Part shown: piece by piece, positions 35,953-46,776 of the stretch
Numbering within the stretch: the stretch's first letter is position 1
Layout: the number at the start of each line of letters is the position of its first letter
Assembly: GCF_000143415.4 (NCBI RefSeq)
Contig: NW_003314410.1
Span: 103,686-167,685 of the forward strand
DNA: 64,000 nucleotides
Origin: Selaginella moellendorffii
Lineage: Eukaryota > Plantae > Lycopodiophyta
Direction: 5' to 3'
Notes under the pieces: model-generated
Seen by the model: the letters and a program-made list of their open reading frames with translations, nothing else
Databases searched by the model: none
What the model was told of the DNA's origin: nothing
Position numbers and translations under genes: made by a program

Positions 35953-36311
35953 AAGAGAAAGAACTCTGGTAAGATTTTTTCTTTCTTTCTTCTTCTTCCA
36001 CCATCGCTGCAAAGCCTTCTTTTTTTCCCCTCATCAATGTATTATTACTTGGATTTTTTTCAAAGGTTGAAAGAAGGCAAACAAGCTCGCGTCTCGTTCG
36101 TCTGTGTATAATTTATTTCCGAGAGCTGTGATAGCGGAGAAAGTTATCTCGTTTCTTGTTTCGCGCTCTCTCCTGTGATTCTGAAAGGCAACACACAAAA
36201 CTCCCACCGGAAAATATCAGGCAGTAAAATAGTTGTGTGGAGTACCCCTCTTGGTCTATATAAATATAAACTCGTGGAGTTTTGTGTATCTCTATCTCGA
36301 ATGGAATTTCG

Positions 36312-37218
36312 TCATGGTTCTCGCCAAAGTGTGGAGAGCACAAGGTGTTGCGCGAAGAGTGCTCTAGAGGAGGCCTCTTTCGTCCTTTCCTTCTTCTCTT
36401 CCGACGATAGCGAAGGGGATCCAGAGCTGGGGGAAACAAAAGTGTGATCAAAATCTATGATCTTCGGACTAAAAAAAACTAGAGTTTGAAGTACCTGGTG
36501 GTGATTTCTTCTACTGTTTCTTCGTCCGGAGATAAGTTCGCCACTGAGAATGGTAAGCCCGACTTTAAGACCTCCGGCTCGGAGGTTGGAAACCCCGAAA
36601 CAAGGGAGAGAAGAAACGAATCCGACGCTCTCACCTGTGCTCCCAACAGTGCTTGCAAGTTCCCCGCGATATCTTTGGGCTTGCGAAGCCTTCTCCTGTG
36701 GTGTCTGGTTAAAGAAAATGCATGTTTTTCCCAAAACACAACGCAGAAAACACACAAAAAGAGGAAAAGGATATCTTGAGATGTGCATGATCGGAATTTA
36801 TATGGCCAATAACGTCCCCGACCCGCGCAGCACACACGGGACACATCTGCAAAAGCATCGTGTTTCAGTCGAAGAACAAGAACAAAAGAAAAGCGAAAAA
36901 AGGAGAAAAAAAGGAACTTTTTTCTTTTGAGCCGACTTACAGTGAGCTTCCCATCGAAGCAGTGCTCTATCTCCAGATGCAAGCACAAGGACGTGATATC
37001 AAACTCTTCCTCGCAGTAAGGGCACGCGAAATCCGTGCGGAAATCCTCGTCCACTTCCAAGTCCTCCGTGTTTAGTTGTCGATCTGTCGGTGAGATCAGC
37101 GAAAAGGGGAGAAAACAACGCGAAATCTTGGTAGCGCACCTATCAAGGACTGAGATGCTTGCAGCAATTGAGCCCTTTTGGACGACGCAATTCGCGACGA
37201 CCACAACTCCGCCTCCAT
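36312..37218 (-). CDS. DI19: Drought-induced 19 (Di19) zinc-finger protein, multi-exon
   Basis: MEAELWSSRIASSKR; zinc fingers FACPYCEEEFDITSLCLHLEIEH and CPVCAARVGDVIGHINSDH; C-terminal SLSSEEKKER...RALFAQHLVLSTL. Confidence 0.9.
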
Positions 37219-37350
37219 TCGTGTTCTCGAGGCGCAAATCCGAGAAAATAAATGAAAGGAAACGCGCGCAACCACAGAGTTCTTCGATCTCTTTGGAAGA
37301 ATACGCCGGTACCTGGAAATCGAGGAGCCCTCCGCTCGAGCTCACTCCAC

Positions 37351-37420
37351 AAACCCTAGAAGTCCTTTCTCACACGTGGAATTTTAAATGGTTTGTCCAC
37401 GTCACGAGATCTTACGTGGC
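37351..37420. promoter_or_regulatory. Bidirectional promoter with a telo-box and three ACGT elements
   Basis: AAACCCTA at 37351, CACGTG at 37373-37378, CCACGTCA at 37397-37404 and TACGTGGC (ABRE) at 37413-37420, within the 264-bp gap between Di19 and the F-box/LysM gene. Confidence 0.6.
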
Positions 37421-37482
37421 ATTGTAGGGCTGGACTTTTTCAACCCTTTTGATATTTCTCGCAAATTTAGGGCTTTGGATCG

Positions 37483-38431
37483 ATGGAGAATGGCGATGCA
37501 TGGAGGCTGATTCTCGGCAAGCTGCCAGTGCCCGGCCTCGCGCGCGCTGCCTGCGTCTGTCGCTCCTGGCGCGAATTCGCGGCGGATCCTGCCGTGATCG
37601 CGGCCGCATTCGCGGCGCCATGGGAATTGAAGCAATTGGTGGGCGTGCCGTCCACTCCCAGCTTGTGGAAGGCGTCGGGCCTGGGCTGCTTCGCCATCTC
37701 CCATCCAGTGACGAAGTCGGACAGTGTCGCGGCGTTGGCTATCAAATACAAAGTCCAGGTGAGTTGAGTTGAGTGTTTTTCGTTTTACACGGTGTGGTTT
37801 GCGAGTTCCTTGGATCAAATTGCAATTTTGCTTATAGCGACATGCTGTCAGTTTTTCCCTTTCTCTTTCCTTTTTATTTTTCTCATTCTCTCTGGCTCTA
37901 TAAGTTTTGTTCTTCGATGATGTTGATAGCTACATCCTGTCGAGAGATTCTTTGCTCTTTTCTTGCTCTTTTGAGTTTCAGAGTTATTCGCTTGGCGATT
38001 CATCTGTGCATATAAGAATCTCTTTATCTACGCAACTGATTTCCTTGTTTTCCATCGGACAGGTTTCTGAGATACGGCGCCTGAACAACATGCTGAGCGA
38101 CCATGGAATCCGTGCGAGGGACAGGCTGCTTATTCCCGTCACAAGCCCTTGCGCTCTGCGAGGCAAGGTCTGCTTCATTGAAATGGACCTCCACTCGCGT
38201 CGCGAGATGGCAGTCATCTATCCAGATGGCTTGGGACCCCTCCACGATCCCAAGGTGGCAGCCACAAGCCTGAAAAGCACGGTTTTCCGCTCCATGAAGA
38301 CAAGCATGAGGCTTGATAGTGAGACGGCACAGTACTATCTGGCACTCGCAGGGGGCAACTTCAAGCAGGCCTTGGCCGAGCTTAAGGGGGATCTTGATTG
38401 GGAAGAGCGGAATCTCTCACCACTGTGGTGA
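37483..38431 (+). CDS. F-box plus LysM domain protein (At1g55000-like), 2 exons
   Basis: Exons 37483-37758 and 38063-38431. F-box LILGKLPVPGLARAACVCRSW, LysM HPVTKSDSVAALAIKYKVQVSEIRRLNNMLSDHGI...LLIP, and UBA-like end ETAQYYLALAGGNFKQA...DLDWE. Confidence 0.9.
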
Positions 38432-40609
38432 GTGATTTAGCGGGACGAGAAAATTTCCATCACCATCATCAAGCTCTAAAGTTCGTATCGTATACGGGAT
38501 ATCTACTTTATGCCAACATTCCTTTCTCTACAGTCAGGGCTGTGGTGTGTATTTTTATGTGGGGTAAAAGGTACGTACATTTGTTTTGCGCTTCGCTGTG
38601 CTCTGATACGCTGTTCTTTTAGAATTTTATATCCGGTTTGTTGCATCTGACCTTGAAAGCAAAGTTTCCTGAGAGCTTTATCATGGACCCTGCAGAGGTG
38701 TGAGGGGAGAGTTGCTGTCCTTGGACCAGCCCAAAGCTTTTGTGAGCGCGTTTCGTTTTCTTTTTTTCTTTTCTCTTTTTGCGTTTCTCTCTGCAAAGCA
38801 GCAGCCTTTCTAATCCTTCTTTTCAGCTTACATATGTTTTGTTTTGAGTAGCGACCTCGGGAGGATGATCCTAGTTATGCTTTGCCGCGGTAAGAAGAGA
38901 GCTCCCGGTTTTTCTCTCACTCCATAGAAGCTTCTCTAAGCCTCATGTTTCTTTTATGTGCAGTGTTTTCGTGGGTGTAGCTTTCAAGGGCCAAGTTGCG
39001 TGGATCAGAAGCGAGGGAGAGCAGGAGGAGGCTTTGGCTTGGCTGTGCTGTGCTGGAGGGAGGAGAGATTGTGTTCGATGGGAAAGTGTTGCAGTCAGTG
39101 GTGCTGTCGGCTGGTGTTGCAAATGGCGGTCTGTGCAAGCTAAAGGTTGAGTCCCTCCTTTCACTTAGAATAATTTTCCTTTACCTCGCCATGTCGGTAC
39201 TTTTCTCTAGCTTGCATCTTTTATTTTAGTTCGCGTGATGATTGATTGACACAGTGGTGCCTTGGCGTGTATTTATACAGGAGGATGATGCGAGCTTGTC
39301 ACTACATTCTCCAGTCGAGTCCTCATCCTTGGGCTGAGGAGACAATAATGTTCTCCTCGGCAGCTATGCCCCCCGAGGATGAGAGTTCTCCTGGCGAACG
39401 ATGCGCCAGTGCAAATCATCGAGTGCCTGTGGTGGTGCCGCTCCGCCATCGCCTCGCCAAGCTCCCTCGCTGCTACTCAATGATCTGTGCTGCGGATGGA
39501 GGAGCTTGTGAGATGATGTAGTTCATTCATTCTGCTGCTACTGTGGGAAAAGCCGGAATGGTCCGAGCAAAACTATAAATCTTCTCTCGCTCTTTTGCTT
39601 ATTCTTGTATGCAGCAAGAGTTACAAGGCAAGGTGAGAGAGAGGAGAGTCTTGTTCTATAGGAATATATGGATTCTTTGGTTAATTGAGATGTGAACTTG
39701 CTGATCTATATCTCTCTTTCTCTCTGGTGATCACTGCTCGTTCCTTCATTTCGGCTTGTGATTGATCTACAAGTTTGTTTGATGTCGCAGGCTGTGATTT
39801 CATGAGACGCTCGCTGGGGGAAAGTATGCCTTTGCCATTCAAAATGGTGAGCACTTCTTTGGCAGAAAGAGTGGAGCTCATCCCTCAAATTCATCTTCTT
39901 CTTTGGGCTTGTTTCTTTTAGCAAAAGAGAGGCTCGATCGGGAAGATCTTGGTTTCTAGGAGCTAGCGCGGCTTCCCGATTTAACTTCTTCCTTGCTAGA
40001 AGAGGATGAAAACGCTGAAGAACTTCTTCATTGCCAAACAAAGGAATTTTACTTCCTTAAAGCATCTCCTTCTTCGCTGCGAAGAAAATATCGATTATGC
40101 GTCTCTTGAAGCGCTGGAGGATCAAAGCTGCAAGTTCCTCCTCTCCAATAGCATCCCTTGGAATTGTTTGCTCAGCCATCCACGATCGTGTATTAAGAAG
40201 CCCAATCCTTGAGGATGATCGACACTGAATTTGAAGCAGCACTTGGAGTGCTTGACTGCCGTGAGAGAAACACTTGTTTTAGCTAGCGTTTAAATAAACC
40301 ACTGATTATTCAACTTAACACTTGTTTTCGAGCAGGAATTTCTACCTGATCCTTGCAACTCCAACCAGCAAAACCTAACGAACAAACTAATTTACTCTCC
40401 TGACGATGCCACTCATGAAGAGCAGCACCTCCAAAAACTAAAGTAGCCTTCGTGCATTGATTTCTATCCAAAACTTTCGTGATGAAAACCACAGAAACAA
40501 CAGGCCCCATACATCTTTAGACCATGGAGTCAAGAGGACCATTCGCCACCTTAGTCTTCGAGGAAGAAAAGGTCCTAAATCTTATTTGAAGCTCCCGTGC
40601 GGAGAGGAG

Positions 40610-42057
40610 CTAGCAGTCCAGGGTTGTAAACCTCGCAAAGAGCTCGCTTTGCAGCAGCCTCTTCATCTGCTCCTCGAGCAGCATCACCACAATCCGGCGC
40701 TCTCGCATCCCGCCCTGGGGCGTGGGAAGTAGCACCACCACCCCGTTGCCATACCACGGCTCCAGCACCATCGAGAAGTGGGCCGGTCGCCCCCACCCAA
40801 ACTCAAACTCGTACACCGGGAACGAGTGCAAGTTGACGCTGTAGATCCCCATCCCGGTGCTGGGTGGCGGGACGTTGAGCCCGATATCATGGCCCTTGCG
40901 CAGCGTCTCCTCCATCCAGTCGATGGTGGACTGGATCCTCTCCTGGCCTACGTTGCGGACATCCTCGTGGAAGAGCCGCGCGGCGTGGGAGACGTGCTTG
41001 TTCTTGAGATCGCCCACGGCGCACGGCAGGCAGAGCGTGAAGGAGGAGGTACCACAGTACTCGCTCGGCATCGGTGGCTGCCACCGGTTTCTGCCCACCT
41101 TGGTGGACACCGCGTAGATGTAAGTGTTGGTCACCGAGTCGTCGAAGTCACGGGCCTCGGTGATGCACTTCCAGACGAGACCCGACACGGCCTCGAAGGA
41201 GGTCGGGCCGCTGCCGTAGGCGAACGGGCCAGACGCGATCTCGTGCTTGAGCTCCGCGAGCTGCTGCTCGTTCATGTGGAATGCCCGGACGTTGTAACTG
41301 GGCTTGAAGTCCTGGGCGGCCTTGCCCATCTCCTCGGCGATGGCGGGGGTCACGGCAACGAAGTCCCGGACCGGCACGGTGACGCAGGGCGGATCCCGCG
41401 CCTTGAGGAGGCTGGAGTCGAAGCTGGGCGGTGGATTCGGCGGTGGGAATCCCCGGTGGAGCTCCGACCAGGCCTTGAGGAAGGGGAAGACCGAGGAGCC
41501 GTCCAGGAGGGTGTGGGTGGTGACGAGGCCCAGAGCTATCCCGCCACACCGGAACTTGGTCACCTGGGAGAGTAGTCAAAGCCGACCAAAGCCGGTCAAC
41601 TACAGTCAAACCGCGAAGAACCGGGACTTACCTGAACTTTGAGCTGAGGGAAGTTCTCCGGATCGGTGATCGCGGTCTGGGCCGGGTTGAGCTCCTGCTC
41701 GATGGAGCACTGCTTCATGGAATCGCCCCAGTCGCCGAAGCTCGCATCGGCGAAGGCCACCACGAACTCGATGCCGCGGTCGTTGCACTCGAGGATGGGG
41801 CGGTCGAGGCCGCCGATCCTGGGCCTCCCCGCGAGCGGATAGTACGGGACGAGGATCCGGGAGAGCGAATCCTTCAAGCTCGCCACCAGCGAATCGAAAG
41901 AGCTTACGTGATCCAATGCAGCTGGGTAGTAGTAGACTTGCTTGAGATAGTTCTCGGCCAGGACCTGGATTTGGAAGTTGCAAAGCCAGAGAGTGCAGGG
42001 CTGCGGCGTTGGGACCGCTGGAACGACCGTGGACACGGACTCTACGCGCACAACCAT
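40610..42057 (-). CDS. BAHD acyltransferase copy 2 (459 aa, 2 exons)
   Basis: Exons 42057-41632 and 41563-40610 (68-nt intron). Nearly identical to copy 1, with HTLLDG and FEFGWG intact. Confidence 0.93.
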
Positions 42058-42249
42058 CTTTGCAACCAAAGATGAAATCCACAAAACACTCAAGAGAGGG
42101 AGAAAGAACACCACAAAAACTTTCGAAATACACTCACAAACTTCGATGATCCCACACGAGACGTTTCTTCCCGAAGATCCCACGAGAAGAACGTGCTTAT
42201 CGCACATTGTCCTAGATTGACAGAAAAATATCATTCATTTTATAGGGCT

Positions 42250-42850
42250 GTGTGTTGCGATCCTTGTTGGGTCGCCTCGTGCGCCGACCGTCAGGAGCAG
42301 CAGCACTCTCCGCGAGGAGGATCCCAGCTCCAGGAAGCGACAGGAGATGGAGATTATGAAGCCCTCGATTCCCTACGCCTCCTCCAGCGCTCCAAACCCA
42401 CGTCAAGCCGGCTAGATTCTGGAGGCCGCAGAGGACAGCGGGTTTTCTTAGATTTGTTTTCCTTTTCTTCTTTTGATCGTGTGATTGTATTTCCTCTGAG
42501 TATCACAGGCTCGGTTCTAGGAGCACTGTGCGCGGCCGGAGCTTTCAAAGGCGTCACGGCTTCGTAATTATCATCTTTCCATTCATTCTCTCGTACACAA
42601 TGCTCCGTTTGGTCTCACTGATCATGTGAACCAAGCACTCTCAACCACGGTTTGTCTTGTGGATGATAGCGTATAGACTGTGGTGATGGATGATCCTTTC
42701 GTTTTTCGCCTAGGTCCTGGGACTTGGCTATCTCTTTGTTGCGGCCAGAAGCTCACGAAGCTCTTGACTCAATCGCCATCAGAAGTTTCCAAGAGGTAAA
42801 CATGAAAGTTTTCACTTGCATGTTTTCTAGCGGGATTTGTTTTGTCACAG
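42250..42850 (+). pseudogene. Decayed DUF3082-like gene copy head-to-head with BAHD copy 2
   Basis: Contains SITGSVLGALCAAGAFKGVTAS followed by a stop, plus exon 1 and exon 3 remnants of 57418-58059. Confidence 0.85.
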
Positions 42851-43699
42851 TTAAGGAAGATGAGGATGCCATCTTTCTTTTTCAAATTGGGATGTGATCC
42901 AGCTCTGATATCATATTCGAGATAGGAAATCACAAATGTTGGCCGGTCAAGGATCAGCGACGGATCATGATCATTGAGGTTGGATCATGTACGTCTTCAA
43001 GTTCTGGAGATCGCAGGTGCCCAACGTTATTTCTCAGCGTTATTTCTCAGCTCGCAGGTCTTGCCCTGAGCGCAGCAATCAAAGCGCTGACAATCTCTCC
43101 AAAACGTTGCTAACCTAGTATGGCACACGCTGTGACATGGCGTTTTTCAGTTCTTATCGTCGTTGAGCAACACCAGGCTTCTTCATGACAAGAAATTAGA
43201 ACAAATCGAAAGACACGAGAACCTGGTAACGTAAAAGTATTGTTGATTGTTCATATTCGCACAGCGTTGTCCACATCAGTGAGTTCGCGTTGAGAGTTGG
43301 CCCGTTGTTTTGCAGTGTCACTGGCTCCCTTTTGCGTTGCAATCGAAAAGAAAGAGCGAACCTGGTTGGTGTTTCAACACAAATTCTTGATCCCCTCTAG
43401 CCTTTCTTTTATGGCATTGGATTAGGCAACGAGGATCATGTTGTAGGAGAGGAGATTGGGCTTTCAAAAACCTACCTTTGATTGTAGCTTCAAATCTTTA
43501 GTTGTCGTTTTTCTATTGTAAAGGAGCAATCCATGGATTCCACGCCCTAATCACTGGCAGATTGATTTCTCGCGGTCTTTGGATCTAGTGCTCCAAATCA
43601 AAATTTCTATAACACAGAATTAACAAAGGTGAATGATCTGTTCCAGGTAAAGCAGTTGCAAAAGGATACATCACCTGGTTATTTTGTGAGGGGTATGAC

Positions 43700-44630
43700 A
43701 GTCACACATGCCTTTGTTAAGAATGTGTGAGTGGATTCAGTGATTATTTATAAATGCATGGACTTTATCAAGTCGGTGAAAGCACAAATTGAGACCGTGG
43801 CACCCCACACACTAAGAGCATCCTTTTATGTGGAAAAGAAAGATGGAGGTTTGTGTCCGTCTATGGGTGCCATGGTAAGGGTTGCTGGATCGTTTCCTGC
43901 AATGTTGCTTGTGCTGCATTGTAGCATTCTCACCTGGTGAGGTTGTTAGCTCTTGGTAGACAGCTGCTAATTGAGCTCTCATAGAATGATAGAAACAATT
44001 TTCTAATGCATGATTAGTTCGGCCACAGAATTGACACCGTACCCTCACTTGCTGGAGTTGAAATAGATTCAGCTTACACACTAGATCTCGCACTGGTTGA
44101 GGTGGATTTTAAATGCCCTTGATCATATCTAATGATGGAGTTGCAACCTGAGCTTGCATGTGTTGCCAGGAGAAATTTATCCATAGGTATGTAATGAGAT
44201 TTCTACAGCAACTTTTGAAGACGGATCCATATATTGCAGTAGATAGTTAAGTGAGGTACTTATGGTAATGTGTATGACCTGATCTGGACACAGCCTGTCA
44301 CATTGGCATCACAATTTGAGCAAGCCCAATTACCAAATCGTTCTGGATATTTAGAAGGAAGCATTTTCATGCATTGCCGAAAGTAACTCACTTGATCATC
44401 TGCCACAGGTAGCAGATCATTCTTCAAAAGAAATTGCTGAAATCTCATCGATGGTCTCTTCTGGAAACAAGGTTCAGGGTGAAAAACAGTTAAAAATGCA
44501 TTCTTCAAGGCATAAAAGCTGCTCTTGCCATGTAACACTTGGCTGCTACATCCTTGAGTGTCCCAGAAAAAAAGCACTGCTTCAAAGTTTTTCTTGTTGG
44601 CTGTGCTCACTTTCCTAAAAGTGGTCACAT
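43700..44630. mobile_element. Degenerate LTR-retrotransposon fragments (gag zinc knuckle and possible RT scrap)
   Basis: Minus strand CQFCGRTNHALENC (CX2CX4HX4C) and gag-like ALKNAFLTVFHP. Plus strand ASFYVEKKDGGL resembles the Ty3/gypsy RT N-terminus. Confidence 0.55.
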
Positions 44631-45129
44631 GCTCATCCGAACGTTGTGTACATGGGATACTTCATCCTGCTAGTCACTGCTGGTGCCACCATGTTGACAA
44701 CTGGATTTGATTGATCAGGTGGTTGTTGCTACTGCTGAGGTAGTGGTGAACTTTGACAAGGTCCCCACTCTTCCTCCTCTGGCTGTTTTTCTGTTTTCCT
44801 TCGTAAGACAACTTCTACAGCCTTTTCTGCTTGTTCTTGTCTACACATGCATAAGCTACTGCTCTGTGGCTGAAGTCTGGCCTCTTCGCTCATCTTCACT
44901 CCTCATGAATGACGCACCAAACATGACAACTAAACCAGGAATCCCAGGCTTGACACTCCAAGAGATCTCAGTGGGGCCCCTGGAAAAGACCAGACCTCTG
45001 GAGTTTTATTCAAGAAAAAGAGGATATTCGAAAGAGTCTGGTCGAAGTAGAAATTCCTTTGTCAGACGGTTTCCAAGCTCTCAAAATTTAATCCATTTGA
45101 AGACACAGTCACAAGCAAAAGTTGTGTTC

Positions 45130-45420
45130 GAGGAGGCAGTGGCACGGGCGCTGCGACCCCGGTGTTTGATCACGTGTGCCTTGTCCGAGAGCCCTGGCTA
45201 AACATCAAGGCCGTAAGCCTCTTTTCCAAACAGTCCACTTTCTTCTTCGAGTGTTTGCAAACTTGGGCAAGCACAGCGCCATGTGATGGATCAATACGAG
45301 ATTTAACACCAAAGATTACGTGAATCGAGCGAGACTTACTCACACCCAAGTTGTAGTACTTAAACGGCCGCTTCAAGCACCCTTCTCCGTCTTGTCCGAG
45401 ACGTGGACTTTGTGAACTCG
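45130..45420. pseudogene. Spermidine synthase fragments, internally inverted
   Basis: The plus strand gives AVARALRPR...[11 protein letters not shown] and the minus strand gives LKRPFKYYN with flanking intron sequence. Both match the gene at 58759-60229. Confidence 0.8.
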
Positions 45421-46282
45421 ATCCTTCTATGGAGCACAGTGCCTCTCCCCACCATCGGACGGTCCGCGCGAGCACAGTAAGGACCAAGTTTACACCAGGA
45501 CATCAGCTACTCTTGGACACTACTATCCTATCCAATATGTTCCCTTCATATGGAAGAATGTATCAGTGTTCTAGAGTAAGAAAAGAACATTGTATTTCTA
45601 CATGTAATGTTGATATTATATATAAAAAAAAACTATATCAGTGGGCTTGCTGTGTGTTGCTGAAGGTAGGACTAGTAATATAACATCCTAGTGAATCCAA
45701 CTCACCAACAAGTTGTATCTTGTAATTCATTCGGCGTCCTCTTGCAATCCTGAAAAATGTAAAATATAAGCAAAAACCATTAACCAGCATATACCTTAAA
45801 TTTATATTAAATTAAGTGATTATAAAACAATATTGCTACATGTTTTTAGAGAACATGAACTGCAAGGTTTATATATCAAAGATCTGTGAAGTGAATTCTA
45901 AGTCCCTTTGTGGGCCAGCTAATGCTTAGATAAGCATCGTGTCAAGAAAAAAGAATTGTTCACAAAACCAAGAGCTACAGACTTGTTTGGAGATCTTTAG
46001 CATACAAGAGCACAAGCATGTGCTCAAAGCTTTTGCATAACCTGAATTTTCTTATCAAAGTTTACTTTCATGCATATGAGCACAAACCACTCTTTAGTTC
46101 ACAGAGTTGAAAAGTTGAGTTTGTGAGCTAAGCAATTGTACTCTAATACAATCATTATAAATATATAAAAATTAAAGTTCATGGCAAACTTAACTTTATA
46201 CTATATTTTAACATCTCTACACTTTATCTAAACAAAAATGTTTTGGAACCTCCAGACTCTGAATCTCTTCTACTTTTCAAAG

Positions 46283-46456
46283 GTTCACAAACACAATGCA
46301 GTGGGACGAGCTTTGGACTTGTCCAAGTTTCGGGGATACACGCAACTCCTGGAGGAGCCGCAGCATCTGTTCGGCATTGACGAGAACCTGAACGAGTCCG
46401 AGTGGCAAGCCATGTACGTAGATAACGAAGGCGACATGCTGTTCGTTGGAGAGGGA
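46283..46456 (+). pseudogene. Isolated auxin response factor PB1-domain exon
   Basis: ag|VHKHNAVGRALDLSKFRGYTQLLEE..HLFGI....SEWQAMYVDNEGDMLFVGE..|gtaag, i.e. ARF domain III/IV with exon borders and the DPW motif eroded. Confidence 0.8.
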
Positions 46457-46629
46457 GTAAGATCTCGTCTGTGCATTTCACGGTGTGTTTGTTTAAGGAG
46501 TTTTTACACTTCAGGGAGTTTTGCACAACAGTGCGATGCATACGGATCCTATCGCCGGCTGAGGCTACCGTGCAGGCACGCAACAGCAGCACGGAAGAGC
46601 TATGATGTTTGAGAACTTCCCCTTTTTGC

Positions 46630-46776
46630 CCTGCCTATATAAAATAGTGGTACTCAAGTTTAGGGTTCATCGTTGATAAAGGCGGGGTTGGGGTGGTCTT
46701 CCACTCTGCCCATTGATCGGAGCTCCAGGTAGGCCGCTTCGCGGCCTTCGCCTCTCTCCACCCTCGCAAGGTAAGT
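46630..46776 (+). promoter_or_regulatory. Repeat-borne TATA box, telo-box and splice donor
   Basis: TATATAAA at 46636, TTAGGGTT at 46660 and cgcaag|gtaagt at 46771. Mirrored at about 25845-25890 and 22090-22130; partial copy at about 50090. Confidence 0.4.

Noticed and set aside
39681-40242. Chain of short minus-strand ORFs
   Set aside because: Broken frames and no identifiable homology; possibly a decayed gene but unsupported.
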